The notes: a model not told the origin generated them from the sequence alone. A stretch of 64,000 nt of DNA from Candidatus Nomurabacteria bacterium (GCA_021413905.1 JAIOPO010000005.1:81271-145270); one strand, 5' to 3'. Shown: positions 27,624 through 37,711, numbered from the stretch's first letter. A program made the numbers and translations.

Positions 27624-28070
27624 TTATTTTGTTACTTTTTCTTTTTTAGCTTTTACTGTTTTGACCTTTGCTATTGTTTTCTTTTCTGTTTTTTCAGACT
27701 TAACTGATTTTTCAACTTTTGTATTTTTTGTATTTTTTTCTTTTGATACTTTTTCAGCCAAAACCAAAGTAATGTGACTTGTTCTCTTGTTTATTTTGTG
27801 ACCTGTACCCATGGCTGCAGGCATCATTCTTTTCATGACTATACCCTTGTCTACCATTATTTCTTTAACAAAAAGATTTTCTTTTTCTGCGCCGATTTGT
27901 TTGGCATTTGCCACAGCTGAAAGTAAAAGTTTTTTTACAGGATCACTCGCGCGTTTTGCCAAAAAGTCTAATTGGACTAAAGCCTCAGAAACATTTTTGC
28001 CACGAATAAGACTCGCAACGAGGCGAACTTTTCTAGGTGATTGTCTGTAATTTTTTAAAAAGGCTTTCAT
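27624..28070 (-). CDS. rplV: 50S ribosomal protein uL22 with Lys-rich C-terminal tail
   Basis: RQSPRKVRLVA, SAVANA, KRTSHIT. Confidence 0.96.
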   Translation of the reverse strand: MKAFLKNYRQSPRKVRLVASLIRGKNVSEALVQLDFLAKRASDPVKKLLLSAVANAKQIGAEKENLFVKEIMVDKGIVMKRMMPAAMGTGHKINKRTSHITLVLAEKVSKEKNTKNTKVEKSVKSEKTEKKTIAKVKTVKAKKEKVTK

Positions 28071-28093
28071 GTTTTTTAATTAATTTATTTAAA

Positions 28094-28438
28094 TTATTTT
28101 TTCTTTGCATCAGTAGCTGCGGATGCGCTTTTTGCTGCTGTTATTTCAGCTTCTTTCTTTTTCTGTTCTAATTCTTTTTGCATTTTACCTCCGTGTTTAA
28201 TGAATTTCTTTGTAGGAGAAAATTCGCCTAGTCTGTGCCCTACCATGTCTTCTGTAACAAGAACTTCTACATGGACTTTTCCATTGTAAACACCAAAAGT
28301 AAAACCTACGAATTCCGGAGGAATCTGACAAGCTCTTTTCCATGTTTTAATCATTGGAGTTTGCAAAGGACTTTTGCCTTCTATTTTCTTTAGAAGTCTT
28401 TCGTCAACATTTATTCCTTTTTTGATTGATCTTGTCAT
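28094..28438 (-). CDS. rpsS: 30S ribosomal protein uS19 with C-terminal extension
   Basis: MTRSIKKG, MVGHRLGEFSPT. Start placed at ATG 28438. Confidence 0.96.
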   Translation of the reverse strand: MTRSIKKGINVDERLLKKIEGKSPLQTPMIKTWKRACQIPPEFVGFTFGVYNGKVHVEVLVTEDMVGHRLGEFSPTKKFIKHGGKMQKELEQKKKEAEITAAKSASAATDAKKK

Positions 28439-28448
28439 ATTATTAAGC

Positions 28449-28504
28449 AAAAAGCTCGAAACGAGCTTGTCCATACATACTAGCAAATTCAAATAAAATG
28501 TCAA
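28449..28504 (-). promoter_or_regulatory. Internal promoter for rpsS with promoter-proximal hairpin
   Basis: TTGACA-N16-TAGTAT (28504-28477), then AAGCTCG-TTT-CGAGCTT running into a U-tract. Confidence 0.65.
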
Positions 28505-28560
28505 ATTTATATATCTTTAAATATCTTATATTTAAAAACGTAATTTTTAATAAAATTTGA

Positions 28561-28600
28561 AAAAATAAAAACCTTGCATTTCTGCAAGGTTTTTATTTTT
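28561..28600 (-). terminator. Intrinsic terminator after rplB
   Basis: Minus strand AAAAACCTTGCA-GAAA-TGCAAGGTTTTT, followed by a T-rich tail. Confidence 0.8.
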
Positions 28601-29438
28601 ATTTATTCTTTCCAGTTTTTCTGCGAGAGACGATAAATACATTTGAGTATTTCTTTGGAGTTCTTGTCTTGCGTCCTCCGGTAACTTTACCCCACATAGT
28701 CTTTGGGCGTTTTGTTCCGCGTCCTTGTCGGCCTTCACCTCCTCCGTATGGGTGATCCACAGGGTTCATGGCTGTACCACGAACTGTAGGACGAATACCT
28801 TTCCAACGAGAGCGTCCAGCTTTTCCGTAATTTTCCAAATGATGTTCTTCGTTTGAAACTGTGCCTACGCATGCCCAACAATTTTCATTTACTTTTCTGA
28901 TTTCAGAAGATGGCATTTTTATATTTGTATAACCATCAGCATTTGCCACAACTTGTGCGAAAATTCCAGCTGAACGTCCGATCTTTGATCCTCCACGAGG
29001 TTTTAATTCTATGTTGTAAACGAAAGTTCCAACAGGAATATTTTTCAAAGGAAGTCTGTTTGCTGTATCTACTTCGGCTTTTTCAGAGACGATAAATTTA
29101 TCTCCTACTTTTACAGACTTTGGCAAAACAACATATCTTTTTTCACCATCAGCATATACAGCGATACCGATAAAAGCTGAGCGGTTTGGGTCGTATTCAA
29201 CAGAAGCGATCTTTGCAGGAATATCTTTTTTGTCATACAAAAAATCAACATCACGATACAAACGCTTGTGCCCCGCGCCTTTATGACGAGTAGTGATACG
29301 GCCTTGATTATTTCTTCCAACAGCTCGGCGAAAACCGTGAGTCAATGACTTTGTAGGTTCTGTTTTTGTCAAAACACCACGATAAGTCACATTACTCATT
29401 TGTCTTCTTGATTTGGTTGTAGGTTTGTATGTTTTCAT
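28599..29438 (-). CDS. rplB: 50S ribosomal protein uL2
   Basis: GRNNQGRIT, EYDPNRSA, RGTAMNPVDHPYGGGEG. Confidence 0.98.
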   Translation of the reverse strand: MKTYKPTTKSRRQMSNVTYRGVLTKTEPTKSLTHGFRRAVGRNNQGRITTRHKGAGHKRLYRDVDFLYDKKDIPAKIASVEYDPNRSAFIGIAVYADGEKRYVVLPKSVKVGDKFIVSEKAEVDTANRLPLKNIPVGTFVYNIELKPRGGSKIGRSAGIFAQVVANADGYTNIKMPSSEIRKVNENCWACVGTVSNEEHHLENYGKAGRSRWKGIRPTVRGTAMNPVDHPYGGGEGRQGRGTKRPKTMWGKVTGGRKTRTPKKYSNVFIVSRRKTGKNK

Positions 29439-29447
29439 ATTAAAAAA

Positions 29448-29729
29448 TTAAATTATTTCTATCTTATCACCTTTTTTTAAATAAACTGAAGCTTTCTTTC
29501 CACCTTGTTTTACACCTTTTCTACCTTTTACAATAATTTCTTTTGCTTTTACTGTAGTAATATTTACTTTCAAAGGTTTGACTTTGTAAAGAGCAAAAAT
29601 TTCTTTCTTGATTTCAGTTTTATTTGCATTTGCTTCCACGTTGAAAGTGTAAACATTATGTTTTTCCGCCATGAAAGATGCTTTTTCTGTAACTCTTGGT
29701 TTTTTAATTAATTTCATTTTTGTTGTCAT
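29448..29729 (-). CDS. rplW: 50S ribosomal protein uL23
   Basis: PRVTEKA, ANKTEIK, KKASVYL. Confidence 0.95.
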   Translation of the reverse strand: MTTKMKLIKKPRVTEKASFMAEKHNVYTFNVEANANKTEIKKEIFALYKVKPLKVNITTVKAKEIIVKGRKGVKQGGKKASVYLKKGDKIEII

Positions 29730-29744
29730 ATATTTATTTAAAAA

Positions 29745-30404
29745 TTAACCGCGAGATTCTAAAAACTTTACAGATTCTGTCGGATTTTCTATTAAAAGAT
29801 ATTGGTGATTCAAAACATCGTATGGATTCAAATTCTTCAAGAAAACAATATCGAGTTGAGGTAAATTTCTGTAACTTTTTTCTGTTTTTTCACTGCGTCC
29901 AGATAGAGCAGTCAATACTTTTGGTTTCTTTGAAGATCCTAAAGTTTTTACACCTGTAGCTTTTGCCAAGTTCTTCATTACATCTACAGCTGTCTTTGTC
30001 TTTATGTCTGTAGGAGCCAATGAATCAACGAAAATTATTTCTCCATCTTTTAATTTTCTTGATAATACAGAGAAAAGAGCTTGAGCACGCATACTCTTTG
30101 TGATCTTTCTCTTGTAATTCTTTTCTGCAAGAGGACCATGTGTAACACCTCCGCCCACCCATATAGGTGAACGAGAAGATCCATGACGAGCACGTCCTGT
30201 ACCTTTTTGTTTCCAAGGCTTCTTACCTCCTCCGCGGACTTCACCACGTCCTTTTGTATCAGCAGTTCCAGCGCGCTTATTTGAACGCATGCCTTCTACC
30301 ACTTGATGCACAAGGTCTGATCTCCACTTTGCAGAAAAAACCTTTGCCGGTAGTGTGATACTTCCCGCTTCTGCTCCTTTTTGATTGTATATTTTTGCTT
30401 CCAT
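29745..30404 (-). CDS. rplD: 50S ribosomal protein uL4
   Basis: RGEVRGGGKKPWKQKGTGRARHGS. Confidence 0.98.
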   Translation of the reverse strand: MEAKIYNQKGAEAGSITLPAKVFSAKWRSDLVHQVVEGMRSNKRAGTADTKGRGEVRGGGKKPWKQKGTGRARHGSSRSPIWVGGGVTHGPLAEKNYKRKITKSMRAQALFSVLSRKLKDGEIIFVDSLAPTDIKTKTAVDVMKNLAKATGVKTLGSSKKPKVLTALSGRSEKTEKSYRNLPQLDIVFLKNLNPYDVLNHQYLLIENPTESVKFLESRG

Positions 30405-30408
30405 ATTA

Positions 30409-31023
30409 TTATCTTGAAACTATTTCAATTAAAGTACCACGTTTTCCTGGTAATGCGCCCTTTATAAGCATAACGTTATTTTCTTTATCAACATAAACAA
30501 CTTTCAAGTTTTTGTAAGTTATCCTGTCAGATCCCATTCTACCTGCCATACGCATACCTTTTGGCACGTGTGTACGAAGACCTCCACCGATACTTCCCGG
30601 CTCTCTTTCAGAATGTTTTTGTCCGTGTGTCCTAGGTCCTCCGGCAAAACCGTGTCTCTTTACAACACCTTGAAAGCCTTTACCTTTTGAGATACCTGAA
30701 ACTTGCAATTTATCTCCAGCTTCAAAAGCTGAAACATCTATTACATCACCTTCTTTTACAGTAGTTGAATCAGTAGGCTTTAATCTAAATTCTTTTAAAG
30801 TTTTATAAAATCCTCCTTTCATTTGACCTTTAGGTCCTTTTTGGATTCTACTTTCTTTTTGATTTCCATATCCAACTTGCACAGCATTATAACCATCTTT
30901 TGTTTTTTCAAAAACACGAGTCACAGTTATTGGACCTGCTGAAATAATCGTTACTGGTATAACTACTCCTTCTTCAGAGAAATACTCTGTCATATTTTCT
31001 TTTGTTCCGAGAATAAATTTCAT
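30409..31023 (-). CDS. rplC: 50S ribosomal protein uL3
   Basis: DGYNAVQVG, SKGKGFQGVVKRHGF, MAGRMG. Confidence 0.98.
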   Translation of the reverse strand: MKFILGTKENMTEYFSEEGVVIPVTIISAGPITVTRVFEKTKDGYNAVQVGYGNQKESRIQKGPKGQMKGGFYKTLKEFRLKPTDSTTVKEGDVIDVSAFEAGDKLQVSGISKGKGFQGVVKRHGFAGGPRTHGQKHSEREPGSIGGGLRTHVPKGMRMAGRMGSDRITYKNLKVVYVDKENNVMLIKGALPGKRGTLIEIVSR

Positions 31024-31027
31024 AAAA

Positions 31028-31408
31028 TTATAACATTTTAACGTCTATATCAACACCTGATGGTAATGACAAATTTGTAAGAGCTTCTACTGTTTTTGCA
31101 TTTGGATTCAAAATATCAATCATTCTTTTGTGAACTCTCATTTCAAATTGTTCTCTAACATTTTTGTAAATGAAAGAAGCACGATTAACTGTGTATTTCT
31201 TGATTTCAGTCGGCAAAGGAACTGGTCCGATTATTTTTGCATCATAACGCATAGCAGTATCTATGATCTGTTTTACAGACGCATCGAGAATCTTGCTTTC
31301 ATAAGCACGAACTCTGATACGAAGCACTACCGTACCGTCTTCTTTTTTATCCTTTGCTTTTGGTTTGGATACTTTTGGCTTCTTTATTTTTGTTTCTGTT
31401 GTTGTCAT
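31028..31408 (-). CDS. rpsJ: 30S ribosomal protein uS10 with N-terminal extension
   Basis: RIRVRAYE, GPVPLPT, REQFEMRVHKR. Confidence 0.97.
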   Translation of the reverse strand: MTTTETKIKKPKVSKPKAKDKKEDGTVVLRIRVRAYESKILDASVKQIIDTAMRYDAKIIGPVPLPTEIKKYTVNRASFIYKNVREQFEMRVHKRMIDILNPNAKTVEALTNLSLPSGVDIDVKML

Positions 31409-31422
31409 GATTTTTTAATGTA

Positions 31423-31445
31423 TTCCAGATGTCGGACATATGGAA
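31423..31445. repeat. Short palindrome with ATGTC-N-GACAT core, copy 1
   Basis: TTCCAGATGTCGGACATATGGAA; shares 17 of 18 nt with the core of 33310-33344. Confidence 0.55.
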
Positions 31446-31471
31446 ACCATACGCCCGATATCTGTTTTGTG

Positions 31472-32668
31472 CTATGCAAGAATTTTTGTAACAACCCCCG
31501 CGCCCACAGTCTTACCTCCTTCACGGATAGCAAATCTTTGTGATTCTTCCAATGCAACTGGTGTAACCAACTTAACTGTAAATGTAACTGTGTCTCCAGG
31601 CATAACCATTTCTTTTCCTTCTGCTAATGTAACTTCACCAGTTACGTCTGTAGTACGGATGTAGAATTGTGGTTTGTAACCTTTGAAGAAAGGAGTGTGT
31701 CTTCCACCTTCTTCTTTTTTCAAAATGTAAACTTCACAAGTAAAGTTATCATGAGGAGTAACTGTTCCTGGTTTTGCTAAAACTTGTCCACGAGTAATGT
31801 CTTCTTTTTTAAGACCTCGGAGCAAGATACCAGCGTTGTCGCCAGCCATACCTTCTTGTAAATTTTTGTTGAACATTTCAATACCTGTAACTGTTGATTT
31901 TTGAGTTGCACGAATACCGACTATTTCAATATCTTCACCAACTTTTACTATACCTCTTTCGATTTTTCCTGTTACAACTGTTCCACGTCCTTCGATAGAG
32001 AAGATGTCTTCTACTGGCATAAGGAAAGGTTTTGCTGTATCTCGTTCAGGAACCGGGATATATGTATCAAGAGCGTTTGCAAGTTCAAGAATTTTCTTTG
32101 CCCATTCATCATCTGCTGATGTAGCTTCAAGACCTTTCAAAGCTGATCCACGGATAACTGGAGCATTTGCACCATCGAAACCTTGCTTTGTAAGCAATTC
32201 ACGGATTTCTTCTTCAACCATGTCAATCATATCTTTATCATCAACCATGTCACACTTGTTCAAGAATACGATGATTCTTGGAACACCAACTTGTTTTGCA
32301 AGTAAAACGTGTTCACGTGTTTGTGGCATAGCTCCGTCTGTAGCAGCAACAACCAAGATAGCGCCGTCCATTTGAGCAGCACCTGTGATCATGTTTTTAA
32401 TGTAGTCAGCGTGTCCTGGAGCATCAATGTGCGCGTAGTGACGAGCAGCTGTTTCGTATTCATTGTGAGAAATGTTAATAGTGATTCCACGAGCTCTTTC
32501 TTCAGGAGCATTGTCGATTTGACTAACATCTTTCATTCTAACAGTGTTACCTGAAAGGTTAAGACAGTTCAAAATAGCTGCTGTTAAAGTAGTCTTTCCA
32601 TGGTCAACGTGACCGATTGTGCCCACGTTTACGTGTGGCTTGTCTCTTTTAAATTCTTCTGCTGCCAT
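31472..32668 (-). CDS. tuf: Elongation factor Tu
   Basis: [34 protein letters not shown]. Confidence 0.99.
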   Translation of the reverse strand: MAAEEFKRDKPHVNVGTIGHVDHGKTTLTAAILNCLNLSGNTVRMKDVSQIDNAPEERARGITINISHNEYETAARHYAHIDAPGHADYIKNMITGAAQMDGAILVVAATDGAMPQTREHVLLAKQVGVPRIIVFLNKCDMVDDKDMIDMVEEEIRELLTKQGFDGANAPVIRGSALKGLEATSADDEWAKKILELANALDTYIPVPERDTAKPFLMPVEDIFSIEGRGTVVTGKIERGIVKVGEDIEIVGIRATQKSTVTGIEMFNKNLQEGMAGDNAGILLRGLKKEDITRGQVLAKPGTVTPHDNFTCEVYILKKEEGGRHTPFFKGYKPQFYIRTTDVTGEVTLAEGKEMVMPGDTVTFTVKLVTPVALEESQRFAIREGGKTVGAGVVTKILA

Positions 32669-32807
32669 ATATTTTTTATGTTTAATGGCTAAAACTCAGC
32701 ATACGAGATGTAATTGCTAAGGCTTAGTCACTAATAAATTAATTAATAATAAACTAAAAAACTGTAAAATTGGCAATATAAAAACCGCCAAAAGTGCAGT
32801 TACATCT

Positions 32808-32835
32808 ATACTAGCAGATTAAAAAAGAATGTCAA
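32808..32835 (-). promoter_or_regulatory. tuf promoter
   Basis: TTGACA-N16-TAGTAT with the same TGCTAGTAT extended -10 as the rpsS and rpsN promoters. Confidence 0.65.
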
Positions 32836-32892
32836 ATAAAAAACCAGCAGTAGACAAGTCATACTGCTGGTTATTATTTAGATTTTTTGTGG

Positions 32893-33159
32893 TCATTTTG
32901 CCATGACCAAAGTTAGCATGTATGGTTCTCTTTCGAGAACCACAGTATCTCCGATTTTCGTTTTAAAAAAAATATATTCGTTCACTTTTGGAACGAATAC
33001 TTTTTCTCCTGTTATAAGCATTTTTGCTTCCATGGAGATTTTTATGCCGGTAGCGTTTTCTGTATATTCCCGATGGATAACAATAGCCTTGCCCACAGGA
33101 GTATTGTTGCAAGCCACCAAAATAGTAGCCAACAATAGCAATAAAATTAACTTTTTCAT
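32893..33159 (-). CDS. Small hypothetical lipoprotein
   Basis: Signal peptide with lipobox MKKLILLLLLATILVA-C; preceded by copy 2 of the 88-bp element. Confidence 0.7.
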   Translation of the reverse strand: MKKLILLLLLATILVACNNTPVGKAIVIHREYTENATGIKISMEAKMLITGEKVFVPKVNEYIFFKTKIGDTVVLEREPYMLTLVMAK

Positions 33160-33182
33160 AATCGAAATTACTTTTTAAATTG

Positions 33183-33270
33183 CCTACTCGTTAGTTTTTC
33201 GGCAAACACTAGTCAAGTTTCAATGAACCTTATCTGTGTATATGATAGCATATTGTTAATAAAAAGTCAA
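33183..33270 (-). repeat. 88-bp promoter plus leader element, copy 2
   Basis: 84/88 identical to 24810-24897. Confidence 0.92.
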
Positions 33271-33309
33271 GCATAAAAATGACTTTATTACAAAATACCT
33301 TATTAAATA

Positions 33310-33344
33310 TAGCTTTTCCCTATGTCAGACATATGGAAAAGCTA
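33310..33344. repeat. Palindrome with ATGTC-N-GACAT core, copy 2 (possible terminator of the thioredoxin gene)
   Basis: TAGCTTTTCC-CTATGTCAGACATAT-GGAAAAGCTA. Confidence 0.55.
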
Positions 33345-33363
33345 ATAAATAAAAAGACGCCCC

Positions 33364-33645
33364 CTAAGAGGCGTCAATTAATTGTTTTACAGTCTTTTGA
33401 TAATCAGAAGCTTTAGATGCTCCAATTATCCTTTTTGTCTCTTCCCCATCTTTTAAAAAGATGGTGGTAGGGACATTCCTTACCCTGAATCGACTTGCGA
33501 TTTCAGTGTTTTCTTCAAGGTCAATTGAGACCTTTTGAAAAACCAAAGAAGGATTTTCTTTCAGAATTTCCTCCAAAACAGGGTAAACAATACTGCAAGG
33601 ACCGCATCCAGGCGCAGTAAAGAATAAAATCTCTATTTTTTTCAT
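33364..33645 (-). CDS. Thioredoxin-family protein
   Basis: FTAPGCGPC active site and cis-Pro motif VRNVPT. Confidence 0.9.
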   Translation of the reverse strand: MKKIEILFFTAPGCGPCSIVYPVLEEILKENPSLVFQKVSIDLEENTEIASRFRVRNVPTTIFLKDGEETKRIIGASKASDYQKTVKQLIDAS

Positions 33646-33712
33646 TTTTTCATTTTTAAGAACTATTTAATGTATATCATAAAAACAAAATAAAGTCAAG
33701 TTAAATAGATTT

Positions 33713-34873
33713 TTAATTTGCAGATGTATTATTTTTTTCCTCTTCTTCTTTTATCATATGATTTATTTTTTCTAATCCATATTTAAATTTTCTATTCAAT
33801 TCTTGATCTTTAGACATATCTCCATAATCATATAAATACCAATCTGTTAAATAAGGGTCTTTTTTTTCACCACTAAGCATATTTGTGGCTGAAAAAGGAT
33901 CGGAATAAACATAAACATATCCCCTATTTGCAGACTCCTCGTAAGCTTTTTTGAATTTTTTTAGAATTTCTAATCTTTCTAATGGATTAGATTTACTATC
34001 ATCAAAGAAAAACATTTGCATATCCTCACCATCTATAAATTCTTCAAAAATAGAACCTTTTGCCCCATCAAAAACAGCTCCATAATATTCTGGAATACCA
34101 TGCAATCCTTGCAAATCAGTTAGTGCTTTAGACTGTGTATATGTCGTATCCATTACAAAATATTCTTTATTATTTTTTTCATCAAAAATCTTATATCTAA
34201 AAAAATTACCCGGTTCTTCGGTTTCATCAGGTGGCATATCTGAAATTTTAAATCTGGAAGATATAAGATTACCTGCTATGCCTATTTTTTCAACAATGTA
34301 TTTTTCTTTATTGGTATTTATTTCTTTTACTTTAAGTCTAAAAATAATACCGGAAACTCCCTGAGAGAGTCTTTCTCTACCTCCTAGAACTTCAAGACCT
34401 TTTTCTAAAAGGTGTTTTTTGACTTTCTCAAAATCAGTATAATTTTCCAAGTAAAAATTTGAATCTTTTTCTTTTGAAGAAAAAGATGGTTTTTCATTAC
34501 CGAATAAATATTTTACAGCAATTTCCGCATCTTTATGATTTGTATCTGCTGAATCCAAGATTTGAACTTTAAATTCTTCGCCATTTTCTAATTTTACATT
34601 TTTCTCCTCAAAATAAGTATTATTAAATTCTTTTTCTAATGAAATTAATTTATCTTTGACAAAATAAAGAGACGGCAGATCTTGATAATCGATCTCTAAA
34701 TCTAACCTAGTTCTAATTTTATTATAATCTTCTAATGTTTTTGAAATTTTCAATTTCAAAGTGTTTATTTCTATTTTTAAATTTTCTTTATTTTTTATAT
34801 TAGAAAAAACTGCTTGAATATTCTGTTCTTTAACACTAGTATTTTCTTTTGTTTTTAATATTTCTTCTTTCAT
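33713..34873 (-). CDS. Hypothetical protein with C-terminal protein-kinase-like domain
   Basis: Ordered kinase-like motifs SQGVSGIIFRL, YIVEK, GIPEYYG, IFEEFIDG, YSDPFSATNML, YLTDW; coiled-coil-like N-terminus. Confidence 0.6.
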   Translation of the reverse strand: MKEEILKTKENTSVKEQNIQAVFSNIKNKENLKIEINTLKLKISKTLEDYNKIRTRLDLEIDYQDLPSLYFVKDKLISLEKEFNNTYFEEKNVKLENGEEFKVQILDSADTNHKDAEIAVKYLFGNEKPSFSSKEKDSNFYLENYTDFEKVKKHLLEKGLEVLGGRERLSQGVSGIIFRLKVKEINTNKEKYIVEKIGIAGNLISSRFKISDMPPDETEEPGNFFRYKIFDEKNNKEYFVMDTTYTQSKALTDLQGLHGIPEYYGAVFDGAKGSIFEEFIDGEDMQMFFFDDSKSNPLERLEILKKFKKAYEESANRGYVYVYSDPFSATNMLSGEKKDPYLTDWYLYDYGDMSKDQELNRKFKYGLEKINHMIKEEEEKNNTSAN

Positions 34874-34907
34874 TTCAATATTAAATTATAACACACAAAT
34901 TTTTAAT

Positions 34908-34938
34908 AAAAAAAACCGCAATTAGTGCGGTTTTTTTT
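34908..34938 (-). terminator. Intrinsic terminator after fusA
   Basis: Plus strand A8-CCGCA-ATTAG-TGCGG-T8. Confidence 0.85.
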
Positions 34939-34959
34939 ATTTTTTAAATAGAAACTAAT

Positions 34960-37107
34960 TTATTTCCTAGCAGCGATAATAGTTTCAGCGACATTCGCAG
35001 GAACAATATCGTAACGCAAGAATTCCATAGTGAAAGATGCGCGACCTTCGGTCATTGAGCGAAGTCCTGTCATGTAACCGAACATTTCAGAAAGAGGAAC
35101 AACAGCTTTGATGACTTTATTCATACCGCGTTCTTCCATACCATCGATAAGTCCGCGTTTTGAAGAAAGATTTCCTGTGACATCTCCCATGAATTTGTCA
35201 GGTGTTACAACTTCAACTTTCATCATAGGCTCAAGGATTACAGGATTTGCTCGGCGACAAGCGTCTTGGATTGCCATAGAAGAAGCGATTTTGAAAGCCA
35301 TTTCATTAGAGTCAACTTCGTGATAACTTCCATCCCAAAGGTCAACAGAAACATTGACCATCTTGAATCCTGCCAAAATACCGCGATCAAGACCTTCTTT
35401 AAATCCTTTTTCACAAGGAGCGATATATTCTTGAGGGATAACACCTCCTTTGATGGAGTTGATAAATTCAAAGTCTGTATAGTGTTTGACATTTTTCGGC
35501 AAGTCAGCAATTTCTTCTTTTGTAAGATCGGGCATTCTCTTAACTTTAATTTTAACATGACCGTAGTTTCCACGACCTCCGGATTGCTTGATGTATTTAC
35601 CTTCTGCGTCAGCAGATCCGTTGATTGTTTCTCTATAAGCAACTTGAGGTTTACCAACATTCGCATCAACAGAAAATTCTCTTTTCATACGGTCAACGAT
35701 AATTTCCAAATGTAATTCTCCCATACCTGCGATGATAGTCTCCCCTGTTTCTTGATCAGTTGTAACTTTAAAAGTCGGATCTTCTTGAGCAAGTCTGTTC
35801 AAAGCCATACCCATTTTTTCTTGGTCAGCTTTTGTTTTTGGTTCAATACGCAAAGAGATAACAGGTTCAGGGAAAACAATACGGTTTAACTCAATAGGAT
35901 TAGCTTCATCACAAAGTGTGTCTGAAGTAATAGTGTCCTTGAGTCCCACCGCTGCGGCGATTTCTCCTGCATAAACTTGTTTCACTTCTTCACGATCATT
36001 TGCGTGCATACGCAAAATACGTCCTATGCGTTCTTTGTTTCTTGTGCGAGGATTGTAAACATAACTTCCCGCTGAAAGACTACCAGAATATACACGGAAG
36101 AAAATAATTTGTCCTACGAATGGATCAGTAGCCACTTTGAAAGCAAGCGCTGAAAAAGGTTCTGAATCAGATGCGTGACGAACCATCTCTTCATCAGTAT
36201 CTGGATTTACTCCAGGGATAGGAGGAATATCTGTCGGAGCTGGCAAATAATCAACCACAGCATCAAGTACGAGTTGAACACCTTTGTTCTTCAAAGCAGA
36301 ACCTGCGAATACTGGGAAAATATCGTTTGCAATAACCGCCTTACGAAGAGTCTTTTTCAAAACTTCTATACTAGGAATTTTGCCATCCAAATAATCCGTC
36401 ATCATAGCGTCATCAGTCTCAACTATTTTTTCAATAAGTTCAGCGTGGTATTTTTCCGCTTCAGCTTTCATATTTTCAGGAATTTCTTTTTCTATAACTT
36501 TATTACCCATTTCACCTTCAAAGTAAAAAGCTTTCATGTTCAAAAGATCTACAACTCCTTCGTGATTTTCTTCGAGACCAATAGGGATTTGCATACGCAC
36601 AGCTTTTTTTGTAAGTCTGTCTAAGATAGTAGCATAAGAATGCTCAAAGGAAGCGCCTGTTCTGTCCAATTTATTTATGAAACAAATACGAGGAACATTT
36701 GCTTCGTCAGCATAACGCCAGTTTGTTTCTGATTGAGGTTCTACTCCAGCAACGCCGTCGAAGACCACCACTGCACCGTCGAGCACGCGAAGAGAACGCT
36801 TCACTTCTACAGTAAAGTCGATGTGTCCAGGTGTGTCGATAATATTGAAACGGTGTTTTTTATTTTTGTCTGTTAAAGCATAAGTCGGTGTCCAGAAACA
36901 AGTCACAGCTGCAGATGTGATAGTGATACCTCTTTCTCTTTCTTGTTCCATCCAGTCTGTAGTAGTCTCACCATTGTGCACTTCCCCGATTTTGTGGGAC
37001 ACTCCAGTGTAATAAAGCACGCGTTCTGTCGTGGTTGTCTTACCAGCATCAATGTGCGCAATAATTCCAAAATTTCTAACTTTTTCTAAAGGATAATCTC
37101 GTTCCAT
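34960..37107 (-). CDS. fusA: Elongation factor G
   Basis: [40 protein letters not shown]. Confidence 0.99.
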   Translation of the reverse strand: MERDYPLEKVRNFGIIAHIDAGKTTTTERVLYYTGVSHKIGEVHNGETTTDWMEQERERGITITSAAVTCFWTPTYALTDKNKKHRFNIIDTPGHIDFTVEVKRSLRVLDGAVVVFDGVAGVEPQSETNWRYADEANVPRICFINKLDRTGASFEHSYATILDRLTKKAVRMQIPIGLEENHEGVVDLLNMKAFYFEGEMGNKVIEKEIPENMKAEAEKYHAELIEKIVETDDAMMTDYLDGKIPSIEVLKKTLRKAVIANDIFPVFAGSALKNKGVQLVLDAVVDYLPAPTDIPPIPGVNPDTDEEMVRHASDSEPFSALAFKVATDPFVGQIIFFRVYSGSLSAGSYVYNPRTRNKERIGRILRMHANDREEVKQVYAGEIAAAVGLKDTITSDTLCDEANPIELNRIVFPEPVISLRIEPKTKADQEKMGMALNRLAQEDPTFKVTTDQETGETIIAGMGELHLEIIVDRMKREFSVDANVGKPQVAYRETINGSADAEGKYIKQSGGRGNYGHVKIKVKRMPDLTKEEIADLPKNVKHYTDFEFINSIKGGVIPQEYIAPCEKGFKEGLDRGILAGFKMVNVSVDLWDGSYHEVDSNEMAFKIASSMAIQDACRRANPVILEPMMKVEVVTPDKFMGDVTGNLSSKRGLIDGMEERGMNKVIKAVVPLSEMFGYMTGLRSMTEGRASFTMEFLRYDIVPANVAETIIAARK

Positions 37108-37219
37108 AAATAAATATTTTCTAATTTTCTAATAAAAAAGCGCTTCCGGCGCTATCAACACTATATATTAAAAATATATTTTTTGCAAATAAAAAAATCA
37201 TCTTTTGAGGATTTTTTTA

Positions 37220-37690
37220 TTACCAAGCAAAGTGAGCAAATGCTTTGTTTGACTCTGCCATTTTATGAGTATCTTCTCTTTTCTTAATGGCCGCACCTTC
37301 GTTTTTAGAAGCTGCTATTAATTCATCAGCGAGTTTAATATGCATAGGTTGTCCTTTTTTTGAACGAGCTGCATCACGAATCCATCGCATCGCCAAAGCA
37401 AGACGGCGTTCTGGACGAACTTCACGAGGAACCTGATAGTTTGCACCTCCGATTCTCTTTGAGCGAACTTCAGTCAAAGGACCAGCATTTTTCATTGCAA
37501 GATCAAAAACTTCTAAAGGATTTGGATTACCTGTCTTTTCTTTGATAATATCAAAAGCTTGATACATTACCTTGCGGGCTGTTTCCTTTTTACCGGACCA
37601 CATAGTGTAATTTATAAACTTCTCCAATTTTGGAGAATTATAAACAAAGTCTGGACCAACTATATTTCTATTTTTTACTTTTCTTCGCAT
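37220..37690 (-). CDS. rpsG: 30S ribosomal protein uS7
   Basis: EVRSKRIGGANYQVP, HKMAESNKAFAHF. Confidence 0.98.
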   Translation of the reverse strand: MRRKVKNRNIVGPDFVYNSPKLEKFINYTMWSGKKETARKVMYQAFDIIKEKTGNPNPLEVFDLAMKNAGPLTEVRSKRIGGANYQVPREVRPERRLALAMRWIRDAARSKKGQPMHIKLADELIAASKNEGAAIKKREDTHKMAESNKAFAHFAW

Positions 37691-37711
37691 AATATATTAT
37701 TTAAATTATTT

